Shown piece after piece: positions 1 to 21,369 of a stretch of DNA of 64,000 nt (positions within the stretch are counted from its first letter, which is position 1; each line of letters begins with the position of its first letter). The position numbers were made by a program, and so were the translations under genes. The notes below the pieces were generated by a model that searched no databases, was not told the DNA's origin, and was given only the letters and a program-made list of their open reading frames with translations. This DNA is from Dicyema japonicum (lineage: Eukaryota; Animalia; Dicyemida). Location: NCBI GenBank assembly GCA_011109175.1, contig RDEW01000012.1, positions 200,525-264,524 of the forward strand. Direction: 5' to 3'.

Positions 1-410
1 CTAGTTCGAACACTAAAAAAAGTCTCAAAAACCACGTGTTAGTTAGTAGTCTATGTGACCTTATTTGAAGCTATTCGAACATTCCAGGTTTATGAATAAT
101 GTCGCTATTGCAGATATTATTAATAAATTTGAAAGTACACGCTTGACAATTGAACAAGCATATGATGGTTTAGAATCGTTGGAATTTGGAAATTACAACA
201 AATTTATTAAGAATACATAAATAAAAGGCTTCAAAAAAAGATACTTCAAACATAATTAAAAATGACTAATTCACACATATCTCCTGCCGAGTATTCATTA
301 CTCCTGAATTGTCAGCCAATTTGTGCTCGTTGAACGATGTTTCTGAGATAAAGAATTTTCTAAGATCCAACCGAAATTTTCTACCAGAAAAATAAGAAAA
401 TTATGTAATT
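1..410 (+). mobile_element. Degenerate hAT-like transposase C-terminal fragment
   Basis: Broken frames give NNVAIADIINKFESTRLTIEQAYDGLESL...SPAEYSLLLNCQPICA-VERCF...FLRSNRNFLPEK, resembling the (T/S)SxxVERxFS dimerisation region of hAT-type transposases. Stops and frameshifts present; the element probably continues upstream of the window. Confidence 0.5.
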
Positions 411-411
411 T

Positions 412-680
412 GTTAATAATAATAATAAAGCCTTTTCACGAGAGCCATAGTGTTTTTATAGCTCCGCATAGGCAGGACACACACTTTATTTAAGTAAAGA
501 ACAGTTAATTTTAACTAATCGTAGAACCAAGGAATGATCTTCACTTCTTTTTTTCTTTTTCTTGTGTGAGTGTCCTTTCTAGACAAATTTAGTTCCGCAG
601 TGGGTATTCACTGATGACGGCGGTCACTCGTCAAACCATTTCTGCATCGTAGATGCGTGAACCTTCCACTTGTATGTGTA
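412..680 (-). mobile_element. SINE family A copy lacking the tRNA head
   Basis: Highly similar to 51216-51470 (gctccgcataggcaggacac...taatcgtagaaccaaggaatgatct...). On the minus strand it ends GGCTCTCGTGAAAAGGC followed by (TTA)n. Confidence 0.75.
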
Positions 681-699
681 ACAAAAAGTTTTAGTGTTT

Positions 700-802
700 T
701 TATTGTTTAGTTATAAAAGTTAAATTTTTGAGGTTAATTTTTGTAGTTTTAGGTTAATAAAGTTAATTTTTTTAGGTTAAATTTTTTATTTTTAGGTTAA
801 AA
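700..802. repeat. Low-complexity degenerate repeat of (t)tttaggttaa
   Basis: Four spaced copies of aggttaa within T-rich sequence. Confidence 0.45.
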
Positions 803-1099
803 TCGCCCTATCAATAAGTGTTAGCCTGGTTAGCCGTTCCTGGTGTCATCAACTATGGAATTAGTCATACAGTAAAAATGATCATTTGCTCACCCCAATC
901 CAAGAAGAATGTCTTTTTTGGACGGGTCTCTCTGTATACTCATCTGACCTGTTAATAATACTAATATGTACTTTAATAAACACTTATTAGATGACAATTA
1001 ATTTATTTAATATAAATTATATTGAATAATAATATTAAATAAACATAAAATTATATAATTTTGGCGTGCTTTTCTTAGTTGTCATTGTATTTACATAGA

Positions 1100-2313
<1,214 letters not shown>

Positions 2314-3039
2314 CTATGTTCTTTTTTGATTATTTTTGGTTTTATCTTTGTAATATTTCATTAAATTTTTGTTATCACAATTTACTCCTGCATTGTCAAA
2401 CACAGTGGAGTCGTTGATACTTTTTTACATTATATGGCTATGCCAAAAAACTTACCAAATATTAAAGAAAACTCGACAATATAAAGTCGATGGAAAATAA
2501 CTTCTTTAATATTGAGTGATCGTCAACTTTGTGAATGGGAATATTTCCCCCAATCTTTCTTACTGTATAAGTATGTTTTTTAGAGATTAAGGTTACTCCT
2601 CTGGACAATTTAAGGTTAGTTGAAATAAAAACACTTTACAACTATTGGTTGCTGAACTATAGCTAATTCATAAGATCAATGATTTTGTTAATAATCTTGG
2701 GTGACTTATTAGAAAGTACACGAAAATAAAACAATTTATTTTGTGCATACTGTCGGACCTTGATTTAAAACACAAAGTGTCCCAAAAACCGAGGTTCTGT
2801 CAAAAAATTAACAACAATATAAATTTAATAATTTAATTAATGCAAGAAAGTCTCAACCATTATTTATTTAAAAATAATCATCAATTATATTTCCATATCC
2901 ATAGTTTTTCTTCAGACTACTGAATAATTTTGTTGAAGTATTGTTCCAATGCTCGTTTCATATTTCCGAGCAAGTACTCTGTGAATGATTTTTAAGGATT
3001 AGTCGAGCAATTTCAACTTTTTCTCGTAACTTAAAAAAA

Positions 3040-3290
3040 TTAAAATTATTTTCAAAGACCAAGGGTAACCAAACTAACTAACTCCTCGATTCTGACTCGT
3101 TCCGAGCATTCCAGAACTTGTCACCAGGTAACGAAGTTGTCATCGGGAAAGAATTGTTGAATCCTTTTGATGCCGGATAGGAATTGGCGTCCTCAGTAAA
3201 GTAAATCCAGTAAAGCCATCGGAAGGAATGAAAATAATTTTGACAACATGGCGCCACGCACCAATGACAACAATCGTAACTAATATTCAT
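3040..3290 (-). mobile_element. Diverged relative of SINE-like family B
   Basis: Minus strand has GCGTGGCGCCATGT, identical to the start of the 42940 element, and CCGGCATCAAAAGGATTC, similar to CCGGCACGAAAAAGGATC in that element. Confidence 0.4.
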
Positions 3291-3346
3291 AATGATTTAG
3301 TGTGGAGTTTTTTTTATTTAAAAATAATTAATTTTTTTAATGACTA

Positions 3347-3523
3347 GAAATAAAAAAAATAGTAATAAATTCAGTTCCAAATCGAGGTTTTCATTCAAAA
3401 GGAATAAAAAAACAGTAATAAATTCAGTTCCAAATCAAAGTGTTTCAGTATTTTTGGCAAAGATTCTACAAAGTATTCCAAAAACTGAGGTGTTCCAGCC
3501 ACGAGGTCCGTTCCAAATCGAGG
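3347..3523. repeat. 53-nt tandem duplication plus further gttccaaatcgagg copies
   Basis: gtaataaattcagttccaaatc at 3362-3383 and 3415-3436; gttccaaatcgagg again at 3510-3523. Confidence 0.7.
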
Positions 3524-3729
3524 TCGGACTGTATCCAGGTTGATATTCTCACGAAAACACTTGAAAACATGTTTGTAGAGTATAAACACAAATTTAATTA
3601 CTAAATTCTTAATGTGGGAAAAGGAAGGTTTTTTTTGATGCATGAAAATGAATTGAGGCTACAAAGGAAAATTTAGTTAGTTAAATGTACTTAAGATCCT
3701 ACAACTTGGAGAAAAGTTCTTTTTTAAAC

Positions 3730-4470
3730 AAATGAGTGTTAGTATCCAGAATGGATGACCTTAAAAATGAATTAAATCAACATCGTCTGGCTTGTTTGGT
3801 GTCAGGTTCAAGTGGAGGGAGTGGAGCATGGCTTGGTGCAATACCTAGGGACTCTTTTGGACCACTAATCTTTGATAAATGGAATCGGACAAAGGCTAGG
3901 ACTAGACGTTTGCCAAGAGCACCGATGCCGATGCGGGAAAATAGTCGATGTGAAGGGATTGCACACGCTGTCCAGCAGAAAGCGCCGGCAAAGGATCACG
4001 CCACGCTGCTCTGAAAGATGTGATCGTCAGAACTCTGAAGGCTACAGGCTTCCCATCACAGCTTGAACCCGTGGGTCTCGATCGAGGAGATGGAAAGAGA
4101 CCTGACGGGATGACCCTTTTCCTTTACACATCTGGAAGATCTTTGGTTTGGAACGCAACTTGTGTTGATGCGTATTCAAGCACGAACCTCCTTAAATCGG
4201 TTCAGACACCTGGATAGCTGCTTCAATTGCGGAAAACCTAAAAATCAAAAAAATATTCTTGCCTCGGGGACCGGTTCCGCTTTACTCCTGTTGCGGTCGA
4301 GGCATCAGGAGCCGTTGGTCCAATGACAGCTGAGTTTTTGCGCGAACTTGGAGGAATGCTTGCAAAAAAAGAGATCAACTAGAAGGGCTAAGACAAAGGA
4401 TTGGAGTGGCCATACTCCGAAGGACCTTATTATTCGCAATCCACGCAGCAGGCTTCTTCAATTAATATTT
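3730..4470 (+). mobile_element. 5'-truncated CRE-like non-LTR retrotransposon (zinc knuckle plus restriction-like endonuclease)
   Basis: SGAWLGAIP, RLGLDVCQEHRCRCG..VDVKGLH, LEPVGLDRGDGKRPDG, LVWNATCVDA, FTPVAVEASG; frameshifted. Confidence 0.85.
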
Positions 4471-4479
4471 GTTTCTTTT

Positions 4480-7400
4480 TTATATCGCGTGTTGTTGTAG
4501 TGGACGGACGGTCGTTGTTGTAATTATGCCTGCTGTGAGAAAAGCGCCTGAAAAGAATGTTCCCACTTCGAAGAAAAAGGTACCAGCCAGTCAACTGAAA
4601 TGTGTTCGTCCTGTCGGCTTGTCACAACTCGGAAGCGTGGGATCTCCTGCTATGCTTGTAAAGATTTCTTCCACCTCGGGTGTATCAAGCTATCCCAAGT
4701 CGCAGAGAGCGTGCTTGGAGTATGGCACTGCCAGTCATGCCTCGGCCTATGCAGGGAGGTACCCTGTGCCCGTGCCAATGTTAACTCTCCCTTTAATTAC
4801 ACATCAACCATGGATCCTGAAACATTCCTACTTCTCATCTCTGAATTACGTTCTTCGCGGACTATCCCTGTGAGGACTCCAAGGCCGTACGACCTGTTGC
4901 TGCGGAGGCCTTTTCCAAAACGATCGAAGATGCCCTCCGGACTAACGCAGTACATGATTGGATGCGCTTATTCAGTTTTGCGACTCCCGCTGAGACTTGA
5001 TCGATATGGTCACGGAAAGGAGTCTCTCGCTACTACCATGAAGACCAACATTCGGTCTTTTTCGGAGGCATTCATATCCCCAGTTGTCCCATGGCTTCTA
5101 ACCGTAAGAGGGAAACACGTGGTCATAACGAGGAAGTCAAAGTGCTCCGTCTCAAGAGAACTATCTGTTAGAAGTTAATCGAAGGTGGCACCCGCGCAGC
5201 CATCAGGGCACTTTCCTCGAGTGGACCACGAAACCGACTCCAGACGCCTACAATATTTTACTGAACAAGCATTCACTGCCACCCAAAACCAATGCCAAGT
5301 CCGCTCCCCATCCGGAGTGAGTCCCCTGATTGCATCAAACGATGAAGTTCTCCTCGCAATGCGGAATTTTGCCTTTACTAGCAGTGGTGGCTCGACAGAA
5401 TGAGACATGGCTACCTGAAGGATCTAACCTCTTTGTCCGTAGGAGACCAGGGACTTCGTCTTACAAATTCAATTACTTCACTTATGAACCGGATCCTGTC
5501 AGGATTCTTCCCGAAGTTATGCGCCATGTCCTGTTTTCTGCCAATTTGATAGCCTTTGATAAGAAGGGAGGCGGAGTACGACCAGTCGGGTCGGGTTTGT
5601 CTTCAGAAGACTGGCTGCTAAAATTGCCTCCAGACATTCTATTCCACTCGTCACAAAATTCTTGAACCCCCTCAAATAGGCGACGATATTCACTTGGGAT
5701 GCGAAGCCGCTGTCCATTCAGTGAGGACATTCTTAAACCACAGTATAGAAGATTCCCGGGGACATGTCCTGGTCAAACTAGACATCAAGAACGCCTTTAA
5801 TAGTCTAAGGAAGAACAATATCCTAGAGGCGTATATGAAGAGATTCTCTAATATTTTCGAATTTGTGAATCAGCCTACCTTAATCCTTATTTTTCGGAGA
5901 CTACCTAATCCATTCGTATTCCTGAGTGCAACAGGGAGATCCCCTTGAACCCCTGTTGTTTTGTCTTGCAATGGAGAAAATCACCAAACTTCTGTGCTTG
6001 CCCCTCAACCTATAGCATCTGGATGATGCGGTCATCGGAGGACCCCGGATACTGTTTTCCGGGATTTGGAAGTGATAATTACAGCTTTGTTGGAGGCTGG
6101 ACTAGAATTAAATTACACTAAATGCAAATCTACAATTGCGGACTTTCAGAGAGAAGTATTCAAAAGCTTTGTCATGTTTCAGGAAATTTACTGCCTGGAA
6201 GTATTTCCACACCCTATGAAGAACTTATATTCCTCGGATCCCCGATCACCATAAATGCAATGGGAAGAACTATACGTGAAAAACGACTGTCACTCGGAGA
6301 GAATCTGAACCGCCTGTGTCTACTTGACATGCATACAGCATTATTCCTCCTGAAAAACAGTCTCAACGTACAGAGGCTTGCATATGTCCTGAGGACTGCT
6401 CCCTATTTCACCCTGTATGACCAACTCGCACAGATTAACGAGATCTTCCGTACGACAGCAGAACGTATCTTAAACTTTTGGTTCGAGGATTACTCATGGA
6501 AGCAAGCCACGCTGCCAGTGAGACTGGAGGACTTGGAATTCGGAACCCTGTGGACCTTTCTCTCCCTTCATACCTATCATCGCTAGTGGGCTGTAGCTCC
6601 CATGTCAAGAGGATTCTACACTCTTTACCAGAATTCTTAATTGACCAAGACATAACCCACGCACGAGAAGCCTGGAATGCCATCTAACCTCCCCCTGCCT
6701 CCTTCACAAGACTGCCAGCGAAACCTGGACAATTTATTGTCATGGAAATCATTTGGACTCTTAATGGAATCAGTCAATCAGCACCGACGCACTTGTTTGC
6801 TTTCGGGGGCTTCCCCTGAGAGCGAAGCTTGGCTAAACGCCATCCCAAATGGAGCTCTGGCCACCTTTCTGGATAATGAATGCGTTAGAAGTGGTATCTC
6901 TCTGCGGCTGGGACTGAAAGTATGTGTACCTCACCCGTGCCGATGTGGCATCCTGATAGATTGTTATGGCCTGCACCCTCTCGCCTGTAAGAGGAGCGCT
7001 GGCAGATCTCCAAGGCACAAGACTATGAATGAGATTGTCAAGCGGGCTGTGGATGCTGTTGGATACTCGCCCATTCTTGAACCGGTCGGATTATGCAGAA
7101 GTGACGGGAAACGACCGGACGGGATGACCATATTTCCTTTCGAGGCCGGGAAACCACTTGTTTGGGAAGAGACATGTACAGACACGTTCGTCCCGAACAA
7201 TCTTCACTAGTCCGCTTCAAGGGCCTGCTTTGCAGCCGTCAAGGCGGAGAAGGCCAAACTCGAAAAATACGGCAACCTTCCTTATAATGTCCAATTTGTT
7301 CCGCTTGCTATGGAGACTTTCGGATCCTACTTCCTCTCTACACTAAAGTTTTTCGGACGTCTTGGAAACTGGATCACCTCAAGATCTCCGCGAACGCCGC

Positions 7401-7490
7401 TGGTTGTTTGAGCGAATTTCGCTCACGATTCTGAGAGGGGTACAGCCACGCAGTGGAGGGCGGCAGCTAACTAATATTTTGTCCTTATCA
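4480..7490 (+). mobile_element. Near full-length degenerate CRE-like retrotransposon: N-terminal PHD finger, RT, CCHC, REL endonuclease
   Basis: ATG at 4526. PHD CSSC..CYACKDFFHLGC..WHCQSC; RT motifs FDKKGGGVRPV, VLVKLDIKNAFNS, (V)QQGDPLEPLLF, HLDD; C-terminal CVPHPCRCG..GLHPLAC..RH and DGKRPDG..LVWEETCTDT. Many frameshifts and stops. Confidence 0.9.
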
Positions 7491-7659
7491 TTTTTTAATT
7501 TTAATTAAATAACTTTCATCCTCACACATTGTCCTCAGTTATCGAAATCATGCAATAAAGTAACCTGTTCAGTGTTTGAAACGAGTCTTCTGATGTTGAA
7601 AGTTTCAATTTTAAACGGGTAGAATTAGACAGACTGAGAGGTACGATAATACATATACA

Positions 7660-8270
7660 TTACAACTCTGGGATCACCGAGAAAGAAAGACAGAAATAAC
7701 CTTTAGTGTTGCTCATGCTTCCGCATCTACAGCGGTGGGCCATGCAAACGCAAACCCCTATTCTCGTGTCTTCGTCATTTAATAGGGACCCAATGGAGGT
7801 GCTCGGGAAGACTCTGAGCAATTCGTAGTTTTCGTTCGTAGATGCAGAAACTAGAAGACCAGTCGATGCTGGTAAAATTTTGGTTTTATCTCATCAATAG
7901 TTTTGGAACATAACAGTTCATCCCAGTCTCGTTGTTTATCAGCGTTCTTTGGGAATCACAGAATTAGACGCATGCAAATTTTCTGGACCGCGCATACTGC
8001 TGGTTCAGAATGTGATCTATTTATGTGAAGTAGGTTTTAGCGCATGAGAAAGGTAGAAGTTTAACCGAAGATATGAAAAGAGGGAGAGTTCAAGTGCCGA
8101 ACGGATTGCAACCCCTCTATAGCGAAGTGGTAATTTGCGTTGGATCCAGTCAATTTATCAAATGAAATATTAAGTGTTTCTTCTACGGCAGCCTTTAGCT
8201 TCTCATCGATAATTTTTAGAAGGTTCATATTCATGAAACAGGAGGTTGTCCGTATATAACAAAGACTGGG
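7660..8270 (-). mobile_element. CRE-like fragment followed by a family-B-type 3' tail
   Basis: Minus frames give QRKLPLRYRGVAIRSALEL, KQRDWDELL, FYQHRL and IGSLLNDEDTRIGV..AHRCRCG, followed directly by ttctttctcGGTGATCCcag, like the tails at 24310 and 43230. Confidence 0.65.
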
Positions 8271-9146
8271 TCTGTGAGACGGAAATTCCTGATGAAAAAA
8301 AGAGTAGTTAGGTTAGACGAAAATAGTTGGAAGATGCCTATTTCTTTTGCAGGAGTGACACACTTATTAAGCTATTTAGGACAAGAATTCGGTCGCGCAA
8401 GAATGAGGAAAACTTTTCAAGTACTCTTCTGCGCTCGCAAGTTACACATGGATATGAACACATTTTTTTTCATCTTTTAAGAAATTATACTACCGAATTT
8501 AATCTATGGATGCTAAGGGTGGTTCTTTTTTTGAAAAAGTGAAAATTATATCTAAAAAACGAGTAGAGTTCTAATAAAGATGGTCACTGGTAAGAAGAAT
8601 AGCGATCAGCTAAGCAAGAAACAAGAATGAGTTCAATTCGAAGCACAGTCGAGGAGAGGATTGATGGCTAAAAAAGAGGTAAAAATCCAATACTCTAAGA
8701 GTTAACCAGAAGAGAAAAGGTTTATCGGGAGAAGTGTCCAAATCATAGACAGGAATAAAAATATGAGCCTTTTTAGCTCCAAAATTCTTCATAATAGAGT
8801 TGTTCTGTGTTTTATAATGAAATTGATCACACCAACCTTCGAAACGAAATTCGCATTCTCAGAGTTTGTCCGAAAACAAAGGCCATTAATTCAACCCTTG
8901 AAACCTGTGAGACGTCTTCCGTCGCAGATAGATGGAATGAGAGTTTCTCTATCTGTGGAAGTTCGTGTCCACTTGGCCTAGTTTCACTGTAGAAGACTAT
9001 GTGAACAAAATGTAAGAATTGGTTTCTTCGTTATCCCTATTAATTTGATATAGTTTAACCTATATTTAAATGTGAAGATTATACGATAATGCTAATTAGA
9101 TTATCTTATTAAATATTCCAGAAATATAGATTGACGGTATTTTCGT

Positions 9147-10096
9147 ATGACCAAGTTTGGTTTAATAATAATTCTTAGAGTAGACAAAAGCATAAAAAAG
9201 ATTGTTGACTCTCAAACAATAGTCAAGTCACGTGCTAAAGTATGCATTGAATCATACAACAAGCACGTTGATAGGAAGTATTGGCTAGAATTAAAAGAGG
9301 TTTAGTTAATATAAATTAGAGAATTCTGATGGACTTGTAATAGAAGGGATTATAAAAATATATTGGGGAATAAAGTCTAAACTTCGTTTGTATTCTGAAC
9401 CTATTGGTGACCCAAAGTATTACAGTAATAAATTATTAGTAACAGAACAATAATTAATAAAGAAAACGAAACAAGTGATGGCAAAACAAATAGTAATAAT
9501 ATTACATAGTTAGAAACTGTTGCCATTGGAAAGAAAATACAGGCATTAATGAGAAAAAAGGATAAAAAAGTATCCCTCAAAAGCAAAATATCAAGTTACG
9601 GAGGTCATGTGTTTGACGCAGAATCATCAATCTTTACACCAACAATGGGAACTGTTACAATAATAGACATTGACAGTAATAAATGCTCATGGCAGATAAT
9701 AAATAAAATATTTGACAAATTTAATGTTTATTATAAAATTAATTAAAGATAACAAATGATCAGCACAATTATTCATTATTCCTAAAACATGATAAAAGTA
9801 AATTAAATATAATTCATAGTCGAAATTGAATTAAATCAGACTGACAGAACATTGATAAAATTCTTAAATACTGTTAAGTATATTGGTGTACCAGAATTAT
9901 ACATTAAGGACAGAAATAAGGGCATAATACTTAATCCTGAGGTCTTTTTATGATTAAACAAGACATTTGAGTATATGAACTACCCAATTAGTTTTCTCAA
10001 TGATTTGATAACCCATTATGACCAAGAAGAACAGGAAACAATTGATAATATTATTCAAAAGTAATTAATTATAATTATTTCAGATATAAAAGGGCT

Positions 10097-10114
<18 letters not shown>
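9147..10114 (+). CDS. RASSF2/4: Ras association domain protein of the RASSF2/4 type (RA plus SARAH)
   Basis: Eight 21-24 nt introns join CIESYN, GLVIEGIIKIYWGIKSKLRL (cf. EGLLNISWGLRRPIRL), GGHVFDAESSIFTPTMGTVT (cf. GHFYNHKTSVFTPAYGSVT) and a SARAH-like FEYMNYPISFLNDLITHYDQEEQETIDNIIQKY. Confidence 0.85.
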
Positions 10115-18743
<8,629 letters not shown>

Positions 18744-18884
18744 TCAATTTAAATATTTTATGTAAATGTTTTTAAATTTTAAAAGTAATATTTAATAATT
18801 TAGTAAATAACAAATAATTTAATTTTTGCGGTTTAAGAGACTTACAACATACAACCTTATAAGTTAAGATTTTCTATGTCTTAC

Positions 18885-18975
18885 TTTTTAAATAAAGTGT
18901 GTCCTGCCTAAGAGGGAATGTACGTAATGGAAACATTACTACCCCTTGGCGTAATGGCTAATAAAAATGCGGTTT
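18885..18975 (+). repeat. SINE family A tail-derived fragment with an inserted hairpin
   Basis: aaataaagtgtgtcctgccta matches the family A tail; it is followed by gtaatg-gaaa-cattac at 18924-18939. Confidence 0.5.
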
Positions 18976-19387
18976 AAACCACTTTTTATCGTTTTTATAA
19001 CAAATTTAGGGCATATGCATTGATCATGTTTTACATTATGTTTTAGGGATCATAAGTAGGTTTGAACATAAAAAATAACTTTTGGATATAAAAAATATCT
19101 GTTTCTTGTTACAAAATACAATTAATGGTTCTTAATTATAATTTCATATCAGGATTCATTCCGAGAGGCTAAGGTTGAAACAGACTCACAAGTAAAAATC
19201 AATGTTCTGAGGATCTTTATTATATACAAGAGGATTTATAAATTATTTTGGATATAAGATGCTGGATACGATCATTAGATGCAAAATCTCTGGATAACCG
19301 AGTCTTCTCAATATGAACTTGTAGTGATTGCGATTTTCTAATCCCGTGTTTGTCTACGTAAGAAACTTCTACTCGAAGTCCATAGAT

Positions 19388-21140
19388 CAATGGTTCCCAA
19401 CTGTTTTGAGACCACGGAACCCTTATATAGTTTCTAACAATAATCAGTATTTTACTAATATAAAAAATAAAATGCCAGTTAGTGAGATGGTTGAGGCTGA
19501 TGCCTCTTGCACAACTCTGTAATATTTGGCCTTTTCTTTGACAGGGATAAACGCAGGTCTTCTTCCACATACATTGGATTCGCGCGTTTTTTATTCTTTA
19601 TATTTGTTAATGCAGAAAATCCACTTTCACAGAGATAAGTCGTTGAAAACTGGACCAAAACTCTTAAAGCATTGTTTGACAGAATAGGATATTTTTTGTG
19701 ACAATCAGCCAAAACAAATCAATATCAAACAGTAAATATTCCATTTTTAACGTTTTGTCAAACAAACGCAAGTTCTTATTCCTTTTTTAATGATAGCTCG
19801 TTTCCAGTTATTTCGTACTCAGCTAAAAAGATTCCTCAACTGATATGGGTAGGAAATAATTATTCGTACATGTAAATAGTGACTCCAAATGGTCTACAAT
19901 TTGTGGAACAATTTCTTTAAAATTTCTTTCACATGAGGAAACATTTCCAAGTTTCCATTTTTGTATTTTTTTCAAAAAAGCAGCTATTTTGTCCGCGCAA
20001 CTCAATAGATTTTCATTTCTTCCTTGCATGCTGCTATTGAGAACATTGAGTTCATGAAAAATATCGGCGAGGTATGCTAATTTGCAACATCAACATTCAT
20101 CATTGAGGCATTCAATAAAGTCATCCAACTTCTCTTGTATATAAAAGCCAACAATTTGTGTCTTAGTTCATAGAAACGAATTAACATGTTTCCCTTTGAG
20201 AGCCATCTTACTTCAGTATGCAAAATCAAAACTGAATGCATTTTCACAAAGTTTCGAGAACTGTCGCAATTTCAACGGCCTCGTTTTGATATAATTAATT
20301 ATTTTTACAACCATGTCCAAAGCACATTTATGTTCATGCCCAATAGTTTTTGCGACCAATGCCTCGCGATTTTATATCATAAAAATATGAATTTATGAGA
20401 TTGAAAATGCCATATCCCTTTGTTGTTCCGAGCAACTCTTTACATCAAAGAAAATCTTCAACAATGGATTCATCGTTCATATATCGAACGAACACAAGGA
20501 ATTGCATTCCTTCTGTAATATCTAAGCTTTCATCGGATTGAAGCGATTTTTTTATTCGCCGAACCAAAGTGGCTTCAATGTCATCAGATATATCCTTGAT
20601 GCGTCTGCTCACAGAATTATTAGAAATATGAATTAAGTCGAGCTCAGCGGCAACAATTTCTCAGAACATTATCTTCACTATTTCTTTGCGTGCAGGAGAA
20701 ATAACAGTTTCGGCGAGAGTATGCGATTTCATATTTTTAGCGGTAATCTCAGCAACAGCATAACTAGCATGCAGTGCTTTTTCGTTTATTTTTAATTTTT
20801 TGTAAAACGGGATGCTTGAACTTTATTCTGGTCCAATTTTTACATAAAATATTTTTTTCTTTGAAAGTTCCAGGTGCTTGGTTGAAAAATGACGTCTAAG
20901 CTTCGTTGGAGCCATATTCGCAAGTTTTTCACCGCAAACAACACAAAGTGGTAGAGGACAATCCATGTCCCCAATCTATGTGAAACCAAAGGCAATATAA
21001 CTTTCTCGATAAGATCTAACTTTAAGATATGCACTGTCACAAGACTCCATTTAGACACGCGCAAATTAAACTAATTCGTTTTGAAAAAAAGAATTAAAAA
21101 AATTTTGGAACTTCGCGGAACCCTTAGATTATTTCGCGGA
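19388..21140 (-). mobile_element. hAT (Buster/Charlie, ZBED5/SCAND3-like) DNA transposon, degenerate
   Basis: C-terminal FSTTYLCESGFSALTNIKNKKR..VEEDLRLSLS..PNITELCKRHQPQPSH; QGRNENLLSCADKIAAF; HTLAETVI. Terminal repeat CAATGGTTCCCAAC at 19388. The other end was not found. Confidence 0.9.
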
Positions 21141-21149
21141 ACATAAACA

Positions 21150-21350
21150 TCCTAGCTGATGTATGAACACATACACTTGTTATAAAAATCAGTGGTTGAA
21201 ATTCTACGTGGCCACTCCACTCCGAGTAAGCATTTTAGTTGCCTTGTATGGAACGAATCCAGTTTCGATAGTTCCTTAAAGTAACTTCCCCAAGTCCCAG
21301 CGTTTACAGTAGGATCGGTTTCACAAAGGCATATCATTTCCAAATGGTCT
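21150..21350 (-). mobile_element. RTE-like LINE fragment
   Basis: LDSFHTRQLKCLLGVEWPRRISTTDFYNKC, homologous to LDSFHRGQLRKITGTTWPTRISRNALYKRC in the 61465 element. Confidence 0.75.
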
Positions 21351-21369
21351 CAATGAGAAGGATTTTTTA

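Noticed and set aside
611-662. Hammerhead ribozyme (CTGATGA...GAA), also at 31678
   Set aside because: CTGATGA is followed by C rather than the purine that opens stem II, and no correctly placed stem II-GAAA-stem III-UH arrangement can be built. The sequence is better explained as the SINE core hairpins.
700-802. Interstitial telomeric repeat
   Set aside because: Only scattered ttagg motifs within T-rich sequence; no tandem TTAGG(G) array.
4400-4480. HDV-like ribozyme at the CRE 5' junction
   Set aside because: I could not assemble the P1/P2/P3 nested pseudoknot by eye; a covariance-model search would be needed.
8270-9000. Helitron/PIF1 helicase or other transposase remnant
   Set aside because: Only a weak IFIPVYDL..DKPF similarity; no helicase motifs nearby.
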